Below are positions 33,901 through 40,852 of a DNA stretch of 64,000 nucleotides, one piece after another; the first letter of the stretch is position 1; every line of letters starts with the position of its first letter. Under the pieces are notes generated by a model that did no database searches, was not told the DNA's origin, and saw only the letters and a program-made list of their open reading frames with translations. Source of the DNA: a virus; IMG/VR virus record IMGVR_UViG_3300025450_000015, positions 64,001 to 128,000 of that record; one strand, 5' to 3'. Made by a program: the position numbers and the translations under genes.

Positions 33901-36597
33901 AACAGTATATTAACTGTTGGTACTTTGAGTGCAGGTACAATCACTCCAGGAGCTGTTATTTCAGGTGGTAGTATTCCTGCTGGAACATATATTATATCAA
34001 ATATATCTGGTAGTGGTAACGGTAGTACTTGGAACGTAAGTACAAGTTCAGGATTTACACAAACTAGTACAAGTATTACAGGTACATTAAACATTATCAC
34101 TGTTAACTCTAACAGCGGTATGTTAATTGGTGAAACATTTACAGTTGCTACTAACGTAGGTAACTTGATTTCAGGTAACACATATTATATTACTAAAACT
34201 ATTAGTACTAACCAGCTTGCTGTAGGTACTGTGTATGGTGCCACAAGTGATTTGACTTTAGTAACAACTACTGGTCAAAGTGTTAGCGTAACAGCTGGTG
34301 CGACATTAGGCGGCGGTAATTTAACAGCTAGTACTACATTCTATATCACTAGTGTAGCAGGCAGTAATATTACAATTAGTACAGTATACAATGGTTCATC
34401 GGTAACTATTGCTAACGGTACAGGTGTATGGACATTTGTAGCAGGTGCCGCTTTTGGTAGTATTACAAGCGGTACAACATACTACGTTACAAGCATTCCA
34501 ACTCCGGGTGTAAACGGTACAATCACTGTAAGTACAACTTATGGCGGTTCTAACTTAACTGTAACAAACGGAAATGGATCATGGTCAGTAACTGAAGGTG
34601 CAACATTTGGTGGATTAACATCCGGCTCGACATATTTCATTACTGAAATTGTTGGAAGTACACTAATATCAGTAAGTACAATTTATGGTGGAACCAATGC
34701 GGTAGTTACTAACGCTGGCGGATCTTGGACTGCACAAGCAGGTTCATTATTTGGTAACTTGATTTCAGGTAATACATACTATATTGCTAGTATTGCAGGC
34801 AATCAGATTACTGTAAGTGCAAGTAGTACTTTATCTCCAGTAATTACATTAGTTAATGACACAGGTGCATGGACAAGTACAATTGGTACAAACATCGCGG
34901 CAACAAGTTGGGACGGTATCAACTGGACACAGCAAACATTGCCAACATACGCAAGTTGGATCACTCCATCATTTGGTAATCCATTAGTTACAACAACTGG
35001 TTACACACCACTATGGGTAACCGCAAGTAACCAATCTGGTACAGTAGCGGCAAGTATTCATACCGGTGCAACACCGTTGGCACGTACAAAAGTAGCTAGT
35101 GGTGCTTTAACTGAAATACGTATGATTGAACCAGGCAGTGGATTTGCTAAAGGTGTTGTTACTGGAACTACGTATGTTGCTGGTACAACAGTTACCGTAA
35201 CAGCCGTATCTGGAAATTCAATTACAATCGGTGCAACCAATTTAACAATTGGCCAACCAATTACATTTGCTACTGGGTTTGGTAACGTAGTTGCAAACAC
35301 AACTTATTATGTACAAGTAACAAGTTCAGGTACAACACTAACTATCAGTTCAACTTATTATGGTAGTCCATTTAATGCAGGTACTGCAAGTAGCATATCA
35401 GTAGCTGGTACAGTTGGACCATTGAATTTAATTACTGTAGATCAAACAGAAAACATGTATAATCTACAACCAATTGAATTCAATACTGTAAGCTCTGGCG
35501 GATTAAGCACACAAACAACTTACTATGTAATTGGATCAACAATTCAATCTACTACATTCCAAGTTGCAACTTCATCTGCATTGGCAACAATTGGTACTAG
35601 TGTTACATTAACAACAAGTACTCCAACTGGTATGCAATATACAACAGGACCAACATTAACTATTACCGATCCTAACCAAGTTAACAAAGCACCAACTCGT
35701 GTACGTACAGGTGATGGTGTGTTAGGTAACCCAAGTTTCCCATGTCGTGGTGCTGGAAATGCAACAGCAACAGCAAGTATTACTGGCGATGGATATGCTG
35801 ATATCTACCAGAATACAGCATTTATTAACGTTGCTAATTTATATGCATTACCTGCCGCAGGTGCTAACGTACAGTTCAGCAGTATTTCTAACGCATGGTA
35901 CAAACTAGTTGCTACAAGTAATCAATTAGGACAAGCAGGTAACTATACTGCTACATTCCAAGTAAGTCCAAGTCTAACAACTTATCTTGCTCCACCGAAC
36001 GGTGCATTGATTACTACAAGATTGAAATACAGTCAAACACGTTTAACTGGACATGACTTCTTGTATGTTGGCTCAGGTAACCAAACACAAACTAACTATC
36101 CAAACGTTACTGATGCAAATGCAATTCAGGCTAACCAAACATATCCAAATATTGGTGGTCGCGTATTCTTTACATCAACTGACCAAGACGGTAACTTTAA
36201 CGTTGGTAACTTGTTTGGAGTTCAACAAGCGACTGGTACAGCTACATTGAATGCCAACGCATTTAACTTAGCTGGATTACAGAGTTTGACACTAGGTTCA
36301 GTAAGTTTAGGTGTAAATAGTGCAACGATTACGCAATTTAGTACAGATCCGTACTTTACTGCTAATAGTGACAATATTTTACCAACACAAAAAGCTATTA
36401 AATCTTACATCACAGCCCAAATTGGTGGCGGATCAAGTAGTTTGAACGTAAATACACTAACGGCAGGACAGATATACATAGCTGGTAATACTATTAGTAA
36501 CCTAAATGGTAATCAAATTTATGTTAGCAGTAAGATGCTGTTCACAGGCGGAATTGACGGTGCTCCTGTAGCTACCGTATTCTTCTTATCAAGATAA
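21925..36597 (+). CDS. Giant tail fibre/baseplate protein (4890 aa), paralogue of 13353
   Basis: Same anchor motifs in the same order as 13353 (FKLGRIKF, PWATI, IIGDELRG, GGRIRATNGNSSYG, GWDHV, GHDFLYVG, STDQDGNFNVG), with many more inserted Thr/Gly-rich modules. Confidence 0.8.
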   Translation: MAQFKLGRIKFVYQGTWTTGTGYVVDDVVTVGGRTYICTTSNTASATFATDFSSGYWSVVADGSRWTGNWTNNQYYLVNDQVLYGGVVYLCTTAHTSASSTATITPTAATANGTTATLTFTALSSNIQPFLVGASITVSGFSAQTGFNGTFTVTACTATTVSYALAQSLTGTVMGTVSGTGTLGLEVNQSNWTSFASSFNWTGAWTINTRYKYNDLVSYGGLNYICNTAHVSANTTTLGLEANQSSWTVFNTGVAYQGLWNGNSTHYRINDIVKYGASLWICTTAHTSSGTFASANFSVFVNGLEYVSGGNNAWVGSITLTAASASGGTATLSFATQSAIPFAVGQSITVSGVTPSSFNGTFIVTGTPTTTQVSYALAGSLTGSVFGTVAANYVTGDIVSYGGNLYTAIASNTATTPSTGTASWQVFSTGFSFQGDWSGLTSYKIGQVVRLGGYTYMAMADNAQQTIIANQTSSGSNSVSVSATGSLVANLPIVFSGTSFGNIVSGTTYYVGTIIDSTHITLLTSSGGSTLAVTNATGSLTGTTQSQPPFSTYWTRLNAGIRWNAGTTQSYNGLSGTNITAAGSGAQFNVTTSGTTYSVTVKSGSQGTGYSASTTLKILGTQVGGISPANDITITITGVTAGAINLSSGITWTGYSVTWITASNYVLGDVVYFGANSYICVSAHTSASGNRPDADTTGTYWNLLASGAESAVLTTQGDLAYYGTNGPTRLPVGTDGQILRVGGTIPSWAYYGQINNIVYVSSTTGVDSLGASQGTTIDKPWATIRYACYQIENGYLNTNTTGLLSINKQFMLKEINNYVYYSYSFNVTGTSVQTITVGGTSSIAQTVTTNMYSGMPIVFTQTSGNIVAGTTYFVAQVINSTSFNIATTYANATAASPTLFTVGTGSANIGTYSYNQAKTERDTGTVIDGLLFDIGRGGNYKTTTNALAYFANSTTFATNVNAYDIPPFVSALNYLNTLATNYVLTNTSAAVSYQSTVWPGVTITGASGTGAVATITFATQPYVYPVGQFITVAGVNPSGYNGTYIVVASTLTSVSYASTTTTSYVSGGTVNVARATQQINTGYTAELTGVARVANLISIITSPLTLGYTTNVQPAATPNTTIFVKTGTYNEVLPIVVPSYTSIIGDELRGTVVQPAGPNLNMINDKTRSINSLTRIQSLIPNLLQNTAITPTSGNTQYLTVTGASGTGSVATLTFASQTSAPFNVNQYITVTSVNPSGYNGSYIVTAVTTNSVSYTSTTSASYVSGGVVSGQATGLPAGDVGSTTVVNQINTSVSLINDMIYNGLPKTPAITIPQLTGYNTSYLVGFGYGITQIQNNYLFIKAEIAAYLNTYYSSVWTTFGGTNQTETLRDIGFVLDGLQYDMTYGCNNQSIINGSSYYSLQIPQILASYNAATVGALQRLQAIISQIVTGTSVTATSGNSVTQSTGGSAGSAAAASFAAGRVGDVIYWLQNATSNATTLTLVGSVSGTTLTVTSGTGNGIYIGSMLTGTGVVAGTYIVNQLTSSASATAATTLASGGSAGTNTFVVSSATGIAAGQLITGTNLPAGSYVSSSYISGTSITVVNAFGAPQNFTSTGGTGAYLFYPANGAGTYTLSTSGNTGTTFTALSTFTPVTSGAYALVTNQYLQTAYNNLIARQTEIASDAQVWVQKYYQAYPISQSLTQRDAGYIALALAWDVLFGTNFNSIACGRAFNRLNASALALVANTNQELNATTGAITFIGFKAKQIASAGSTVQAQTLIDDIVTKINGQVAFNTVGSAILAGTQTIAYGTADVITVTTSGGTATFSVSLTPATTGQTITYITAGGLATFSSAQTLVKGTSVTLAAAAGGMSAGTYYVTTGVNNSFTVSLSSSYANAVAGTPGSFTGGTVTGAVGVVTIGTYYNTIASVTVTSGGNWNNTSLYSAAQATTTTSSGQGLTLSLGFVSSSYSTTVAGVQTSSNIVTLGSTAGMPTNMPITFSGLPALGSVTATATTTTSNLITVATTTGLSVGQQVYFTGTVFGNIVPSQLYYIASIPTPGTNGTITVSLTFGGGNVALISATGTMTMAFNNAGGLWNNTTYWINSLQSAATLSTLAITSTTGVFSCATSSVTLTVGQPVVITGTFSAGSITGYTSGATYYIIGNPTSTAFQLSATLGGSAVTSTTSGGTITGITVTVPAATLTLTNSFKSGTAYTITNTVTGMSATTTAGATVTWPYLNNPMINGSLTYNDNVLTIQGTEILRANIPFLAAEASAYTVASYGGTVSSITSGSVVNTSGAHNLLVNDPVVFTGTVGSSNIVAGTTYYVLTVPSSTTFTISATQYGTGTQTTFTLATGSLGSLTVGYYYNYAKCVRDTTNFINALIYDINYTGNWKSMRAAELYVNAVAGSTTQNFYLVRNACGIRNQTMNGLTGVLSTANAYGTRRPTAGAYASLDPGFGPNDQNAWVYARSTFVQNCTMFGYACVGAKVDGALHAGGYKSMVANDYTCVIGDGIGWWTTGTGSLSELVSVFNYYSYAGYMSELGGRIRATNGNSSYGTYGVVAEGVDTFETPIYGTVNNRSYGPQVTNVVTDSTTQILRLEYENAGTNYTNAIPTISGSGYNILSFADEFRDAGVFESRLIDLNNGLGVGGSSYVSSVNVGQGGAVGYITIAAADVALTGSYNGMKVQITAGTGVGQYASILTYTNGSKIAQIIRTTFATLTVTSSSTTALTVASTATLYVGMPIYLSTTATNMNLTAYQVYYVQAISSTTQFTLALTSGGSAITGLTATSGQTVSLYAAGWDHVVPGTPIVNTLDLTTAYIIEPYVSFTGPGYAATARTLPATAIWSSITYGAGNYVAIANGSTSTAISTNGKTWTPGGALTASAFTNVVYGGGQSAAATVTLGGFGGSGAQLTAVIGTGTSLGQVVGVNVINGGYNYNTAPSLLFTGGGGTGAQGTAVVLNGVIQSVIITVNGSGYTSAPTVTVVTSAITAITPITWGKNYFNSGNVSVTISAPFSGTVWSGSSSATSGSYYYYYSGATQATNYYLATSSGTFSSTAPTFTTGTGSAGTYGVSLTFVGTAATATPTLTDYGVSSYTITNIGYGYTATPTITILDTSAKFVAISTTTTATAYSTVANLGSSWTSGNALPSAGFNSLTYGNGIYVAVGYTGTTSNASAIITSSPDGVTWTGRTAPSGATQAFTSVAFGWTGPGSSATTTGMFVAIATNSTSTAYSTNGLTWTTGGALPSVANWSSVTYGNGRFVAVAAGSNIVAYSNNGGVTWYSSVANNGTYLPLAQNWGISYGEGQFFATATGPTPTMTATTSSGNLITLSSTAGLNVGNTIVPTAVTETTVASQTINATAIGLSTSFISNGIAGNAGTTLTAPVGLGPFALGMYLTGSNVTSGTYITGSNTFNSTSSTIAGSILTIGGTVTGTGTTSAYSVQPGMALTGAQFNTTSSYIWNTYYPSGVQTGVFVPAGTTTGVITTGSQLSGTNITTGATYIVSNPTTSGSTITGTASPSTVVTFNGSVSIVNGQGILTVSSTPSGVGIQPGYILSGTGVTAGTTIVAPYGSSTTPTSSTGQWIVSVATVVSSTALTGTPYVLTTTGTINNNTLIPGMVLASTGGTGTITAGTYITGQISTTSSAVGTGTGVSGTIGTTTLVISGSSTGFAVGQLITGGSLFYNTYVVAVSVATNTTITLSQPLYATIGGGTYNGYIPGTAGQYFISTTSLVTSVTVTGNAWVANTGSLVPSTTITGGLTAYIAYQNTSSASAVASPSWASGGTIGASSFVVNTGTGIVAGQLIIGTGIPSGTVVASSYVPGSTTVPLAVGVAGGAAATIAGSNATGTYNFYTAGGTGTYTLNTSALTISSAQTIGGQSWTITPSQTAAAGAITGTQNTITVGNTAGMSVGEPIVFTSNIVSTTLTTTAATGNLLTVGTTVGMAVGAPVVFTAVTQTGNITSTSSTGNTITLNSTTGLVQGETIVFTAVSQTTTLTATTNGSFTLSSSSITNSILTVGTLSAGTITPGAVISGGSIPAGTYIISNISGSGNGSTWNVSTSSGFTQTSTSITGTLNIITVNSNSGMLIGETFTVATNVGNLISGNTYYITKTISTNQLAVGTVYGATSDLTLVTTTGQSVSVTAGATLGGGNLTASTTFYITSVAGSNITISTVYNGSSVTIANGTGVWTFVAGAAFGSITSGTTYYVTSIPTPGVNGTITVSTTYGGSNLTVTNGNGSWSVTEGATFGGLTSGSTYFITEIVGSTLISVSTIYGGTNAVVTNAGGSWTAQAGSLFGNLISGNTYYIASIAGNQITVSASSTLSPVITLVNDTGAWTSTIGTNIAATSWDGINWTQQTLPTYASWITPSFGNPLVTTTGYTPLWVTASNQSGTVAASIHTGATPLARTKVASGALTEIRMIEPGSGFAKGVVTGTTYVAGTTVTVTAVSGNSITIGATNLTIGQPITFATGFGNVVANTTYYVQVTSSGTTLTISSTYYGSPFNAGTASSISVAGTVGPLNLITVDQTENMYNLQPIEFNTVSSGGLSTQTTYYVIGSTIQSTTFQVATSSALATIGTSVTLTTSTPTGMQYTTGPTLTITDPNQVNKAPTRVRTGDGVLGNPSFPCRGAGNATATASITGDGYADIYQNTAFINVANLYALPAAGANVQFSSISNAWYKLVATSNQLGQAGNYTATFQVSPSLTTYLAPPNGALITTRLKYSQTRLTGHDFLYVGSGNQTQTNYPNVTDANAIQANQTYPNIGGRVFFTSTDQDGNFNVGNLFGVQQATGTATLNANAFNLAGLQSLTLGSVSLGVNSATITQFSTDPYFTANSDNILPTQKAIKSYITAQIGGGSSSLNVNTLTAGQIYIAGNTISNLNGNQIYVSSKMLFTGGIDGAPVATVFFLSR

Positions 36598-36617
36598 AAT
36601 AAAAACGGAGAAATAAC

Positions 36618-36956
36618 ATGGCAGGATCAGGAAATAAAGCAACGACACAATTGAACGCAGGTACACAGTCTACTTATTCGTTAATCTATACAGTACCAAC
36701 CGGTTACTACGGTGTTTATAACATTTCATTTACAAACACTACAGCTTCTGCGGCAACTATTAGATTATATATAGGTGCAAGTACTGCGGCATCTCAGGTT
36801 GCCAGTGAAGCATATGAATACTTAACAACAGTAGTTGGTTATGGTGTGTTTGAACGTACAGGAATTGTAATGGCAGCTGGTGCAAACATTGTTGCTAGCT
36901 CAAGCGTTGCTGGTGTAAACGTTAACGTTTACGGAATTGAAACATCGACATCATAA
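36618..36956 (+). CDS. Small virion protein (third family member with 7698 and 12613)
   Basis: 112 aa: YTVPTG...N...IRLYI...ERTGIVM..G..IV..SS...NVYGIE. Confidence 0.65.
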   Translation: MAGSGNKATTQLNAGTQSTYSLIYTVPTGYYGVYNISFTNTTASAATIRLYIGASTAASQVASEAYEYLTTVVGYGVFERTGIVMAAGANIVASSSVAGVNVNVYGIETSTS

Positions 36957-36978
36957 TTAGTATAAGAGAGAATAAAAC

Positions 36979-38949
36979 ATGGCACGTTATAATACATCGC
37001 TGGCAACAGAAATTGTTTCCGGAGCACAAACTCTGTTAACACCTGCACAAGGTGGTTACACAGAATTTCAAGGATCTGCACCGTACACGGTGGTTATCCC
37101 AGGACCAACATTATTTTTAGGACAGTCGCAAAGTTATTTTAACAACACTAGTGGTGTTGTTACACTTTCTGCTCCTAGCGGATATATTGCTGGTAGTCCT
37201 AGTTCTCCGGTGTTTAACGGACCAGGTGGTTCTAGTACAAACTTATTGGCCATGCCAGCAGGATCTAGTTGTATTATTGGATCTGATGGTACTAACTATA
37301 GTATAATTACATTCCCAGGCGGTAATCAATTTGGTATTAACGGAACTTTTTCAGCTGATTTGATTAGTACCAATACTGGTACCACCAATATCTACAATAC
37401 AAATACTCAGACAGTTAACTTTGCAGGCGCGGCAACTAGTATCAATATTGGTTCTAGCACTGGTACAACTACTATTAACAATCAATTGTTAGTAAAAGGC
37501 GGAACAGTTGTTCTTAACTCTAGTTCAGTACGTACAGAAGATAAAAATATTGAAATTGGATATGTTAATCCAGTTACTTATGGTGGCGGTACTGTTACAA
37601 CTATCGGTGGTGCGTTAGGCGGTAGTACAACATTTACAAGTATTACTGGTACAAAAGTAACTGGTGCAGGTACATACAGTGGTGTTGGACAATTTGCTAC
37701 AAGTGGTAGCGGATCGGGTGCAACTTTTAACATCACTACAACTGGGTCAGGTACAACTTATACTGGTGTAACTACAATTACATTGGTTAATCCAGGAAGT
37801 AACTATGCAATCAATGATACAATTACTATTGGTGGTAACTTACTTGGTGGTACTAATAGTCCTAACAACTTAACATTCACTGTAAGCAACGTTAACTACA
37901 GTCCTTGGATTGCAACTATTACCGGTATGCCCAACACTACCAACTTGGTAAACGGTCAAGCTGTTAGTGCAACTAACGGTACAGGTAGTTTAGGCGGCGG
38001 CGGTACAAGTTATGTAATAAGCAACATTGTAAGTGGAACTAGTATTCAGGTAACAGTAACAGGCGGCACAACTCCTGTAGCTGGTACAATTACAGCTATT
38101 ACTCCAGGTAGTGCTGATACATTTGCCAACGGCGGCGGCATATTATTATATGGAACTAGTAATCACACATTACAATGGGCAAGCAGTACATTAGGTCCAA
38201 CAAGCGGTGGCGGTAACCCAGCTTGGGTTAGTTCAGAAGGGTTGTATATCAATACTTCTAATACATTTGGTATTCAAAGTGGTAGCAACGTTAACTTTAA
38301 CTTATTGACCAACGGTCAAGCTACTGGTACTGTTAACATTGCAACCAACGCTGGTACAGGTAACTTGTTTACTGGAGCAAGTTCAGCAGTTAACATTGGT
38401 GCTAGCGGTGGTACTGCTACAATCAGCAACACTAACTTTACAGTTGGACAGTCTGGTGGTACAGTTACTTTTAACGGTATTACAACTTTCACAATGAATA
38501 GCGTAACAGCGTTTAACTTAACTGGCGGCGGTACAATGAATGCTGGTAGTACATATGGTTATTTTAGTTCGCTAGGCGTTGGTACTAACACTAACGGTGG
38601 TGGTGGTACAATTTATGCGGCAAACAACATTGTTGCTTACTACTCAGATGACAGATTAAAGACACGTTTGGGCAAAATTGAAGATGCTCTTGCTAAGTTA
38701 GAAACATTAAATGGTTTTTACTTTGAAGCTAACCAAACTGCTCAGGATTTGGGATATACTGTTCAACGTGAAGTTGGAGTTTCTGCTCAAGAAGTTAATG
38801 CAATCCTGCCAGAAATTATCAAACCAGCTCCAATCGACGCTAAGTACATGACAGTTCAGTACGAAAAGTTATTACCATTAGTGATTGAAGCAGTTAAGGA
38901 ATTGTCAAGCCAAGTTAAAGAATTAAAAGCACAGATTAACAAGGAATAA
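36979..38949 (+). CDS. Tail fibre with C-terminal intramolecular chaperone (peptidase S74) domain
   Basis: YYSDDRLK autocleavage site, then GVSAQEV..ILPE, YMTVQYEKLLPLVIEAVKEL and a terminal coiled coil. Confidence 0.9.
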   Translation: MARYNTSLATEIVSGAQTLLTPAQGGYTEFQGSAPYTVVIPGPTLFLGQSQSYFNNTSGVVTLSAPSGYIAGSPSSPVFNGPGGSSTNLLAMPAGSSCIIGSDGTNYSIITFPGGNQFGINGTFSADLISTNTGTTNIYNTNTQTVNFAGAATSINIGSSTGTTTINNQLLVKGGTVVLNSSSVRTEDKNIEIGYVNPVTYGGGTVTTIGGALGGSTTFTSITGTKVTGAGTYSGVGQFATSGSGSGATFNITTTGSGTTYTGVTTITLVNPGSNYAINDTITIGGNLLGGTNSPNNLTFTVSNVNYSPWIATITGMPNTTNLVNGQAVSATNGTGSLGGGGTSYVISNIVSGTSIQVTVTGGTTPVAGTITAITPGSADTFANGGGILLYGTSNHTLQWASSTLGPTSGGGNPAWVSSEGLYINTSNTFGIQSGSNVNFNLLTNGQATGTVNIATNAGTGNLFTGASSAVNIGASGGTATISNTNFTVGQSGGTVTFNGITTFTMNSVTAFNLTGGGTMNAGSTYGYFSSLGVGTNTNGGGGTIYAANNIVAYYSDDRLKTRLGKIEDALAKLETLNGFYFEANQTAQDLGYTVQREVGVSAQEVNAILPEIIKPAPIDAKYMTVQYEKLLPLVIEAVKELSSQVKELKAQINKE

Positions 38950-38952
38950 ACG

Positions 38953-39354
38953 ATGACAACTCCTTCAAGTCCTATTTATATTAGTCAAATTGACGGCGAA
39001 ATTGGACTGCCTAACAGCAGTCCATACAGCAATTTGAGTAATCTTAATGGATATGTAATTCCAGGACAACGTGATAGTTACCCAACTATGAACGAAATGC
39101 GTAACAGAGCATACTATCGTTCAAATAACAAGGGTAATTGCAACAACGGAAATTGTCCAAATAATTGTAATTGTGGTAACATTTGCTGTACAAACTGTTA
39201 TAATTGTAATAACATCAATTGCACAAATTGCGATGGTCAAAACTGGTTACAAAACAACTGTAATTGCAACTGCACTTACAACTGTAACATTAATACCAAC
39301 GTATATTATAACTGTAATTGTAACTGTAATTGTAACTGTAACTGTAACTGCTAA
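38953..39354 (+). CDS. Cys/Asn-rich small protein; putative fibre-tip adhesin and radical SAM substrate
   Basis: 21 Cys in residues 63-133, 19 of them in Asn-Cys dipeptides, ending in (NC)7. Residues 1-62 have no Cys and start MTTPSSPIYISQIDGEIG. SD AAGGA; 3 nt after the fibre stop. Confidence 0.8.
   Translation: MTTPSSPIYISQIDGEIGLPNSSPYSNLSNLNGYVIPGQRDSYPTMNEMRNRAYYRSNNKGNCNNGNCPNNCNCGNICCTNCYNCNNINCTNCDGQNWLQNNCNCNCTYNCNINTNVYYNCNCNCNCNCNCNC
39310..39351 (+). repeat. (AAYTGY)7 hexamer repeat encoding (Asn-Cys)7
   Basis: AACTGT AATTGT AACTGT AATTGT AACTGT AACTGT AACTGC, varying only at synonymous third positions. Confidence 0.9.
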
Positions 39355-39372
39355 TATACCACAAGGAATCTT

Positions 39373-40839
39373 ATGATTTTTGAAATACTGACAGAAAAGT
39401 TTGGATCAAACCCACCTGATCTAAGAACGTTCTTCTATGACAACGAAAAAAATGTCTTAAGCGATGAAACAGGATTCGTCTATGAGTATCCCGATGCTTA
39501 TGCAAATAATTTTGAAAATCGAGTACCATACAAACCATTTGATAAAGATCGTCCTTTAATTAAATCTCGCAGTACTAATCACGTAAAAATTCAACTAGGA
39601 TTAAGTTGTAATTATAGTTGTGATTATTGCAGTCAAAAATTTGTGGAACGCCCACGTGAAACTAATGCTAAAGACATTGAAAATTTTATGGAAATGTTTA
39701 AGACTTTAGAGTTTAACGAAGAAGACGGTTTACGAGTTGAATTTTGGGGAGGTGAACCTTTAGTTTACTGGAAGACATTAAAACCCCTGGCCGAAGCAGT
39801 AGCAGAATTTTTTAAAGATTGGAGAAAGAAACCAGTTTTTAGTATTATTACTAATGGTAGTATTTTAACAGAAGAAATCTGTGCTTGGCTATACAGTATG
39901 GAATTCCATGTAGCTATCAGTCATGACGGGCCAGGACAACATGTACGCGGACCAGATCCATTTGCAGATCCTAAGAAACGTGAAATTATTTTAGATTTAT
40001 ACCAGATTTTGCGTCCTTTAAATCGCATCAGTTTTAACTCAATGTTAAACAGACAAAATCTTAGTCGTAAAGCTATATTTGATTATTTTATTAATTTTAC
40101 AAATGATCCCAATGTTAGTTTAGGTGAAGGTACCTTTGTAGATGCATATGATGCCGATGGCCTACAACACAGTTTACAAACTAAACAAGATCATTTCGAA
40201 TTTAGAAAAATCGCGTTCGGAGAAATTTACGGATCTAACGGTGAAATCGGCTTTGGCAACATATTACAAAAAGTTGATAATTTCACAGAATCAGTATTGA
40301 CCCATCAGCAAGCAGACTATTTAGGTCAAAAATGCGGCATGGATGACGAAAGAACCGTTGCATTTGATTTAAACGGCAATGTAATTACTTGCCAAAATGT
40401 CAGTGCTATCGAAATTAACAAAAACGGAGAACCTCACTTAGGTGGTAAGATTACTGAGATCGAGGACGTAAAAATTACTACTAGTACACACTGGAGTAAT
40501 CGTGCAGAATGTCCAAGTTGTCCAGTGTTGCATATTTGTAAAGGTGCATGTATGTTCCTTTCAGATGAATTCTGGACTACAAGTTGCAATAACGCCTATA
40601 GCGATAACGTACCATTGTTTGCCGCAAGTATTGAAAAAATAACAGGTGGTTATGTTCCTTACCATATTAAGGGCAAAGGATTACCATTAGAGCGCCAAGA
40701 TATCTGGGGCGGTGTATTCAAACACGAAGAAGAAAAGAAAAAAATAATACCTATTAAGATTGTCAGTGAAAAAGTTGCTGTAATCGACAATGTCGAAGTT
40801 TACGGTAAGAGTTCCTTGATAAATACTGAACAGGAATAA
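39373..40839 (+). CDS. Radical SAM enzyme with SPASM domain (peptide/protein maturase type)
   Basis: CNYSCDYC (CxxxCxxC), FWGGEP, ITNG and ISHDG; full 7-Cys SPASM pattern C-x13-G-x4-C...CPSCPVLHICKGAC...C. Confidence 0.95.
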   Translation: MIFEILTEKFGSNPPDLRTFFYDNEKNVLSDETGFVYEYPDAYANNFENRVPYKPFDKDRPLIKSRSTNHVKIQLGLSCNYSCDYCSQKFVERPRETNAKDIENFMEMFKTLEFNEEDGLRVEFWGGEPLVYWKTLKPLAEAVAEFFKDWRKKPVFSIITNGSILTEEICAWLYSMEFHVAISHDGPGQHVRGPDPFADPKKREIILDLYQILRPLNRISFNSMLNRQNLSRKAIFDYFINFTNDPNVSLGEGTFVDAYDADGLQHSLQTKQDHFEFRKIAFGEIYGSNGEIGFGNILQKVDNFTESVLTHQQADYLGQKCGMDDERTVAFDLNGNVITCQNVSAIEINKNGEPHLGGKITEIEDVKITTSTHWSNRAECPSCPVLHICKGACMFLSDEFWTTSCNNAYSDNVPLFAASIEKITGGYVPYHIKGKGLPLERQDIWGGVFKHEEEKKKIIPIKIVSEKVAVIDNVEVYGKSSLINTEQE

Positions 40840-40852
40840 GGAATAGCAGATC

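Noticed and set aside
13353-39354. Diversity-generating retroelement or invertible segment acting on fibres
   Set aside because: No reverse transcriptase, recombinase of that type or adenine-variant TR/VR pair was seen in the window.
39173-39376. Alternative-frame ORF (VTVIVTVTV) over the Cys-rich gene
   Set aside because: It is a shadow frame of the AAYTGY repeat with no SD; variation in the repeat is synonymous only in the Asn-Cys frame.
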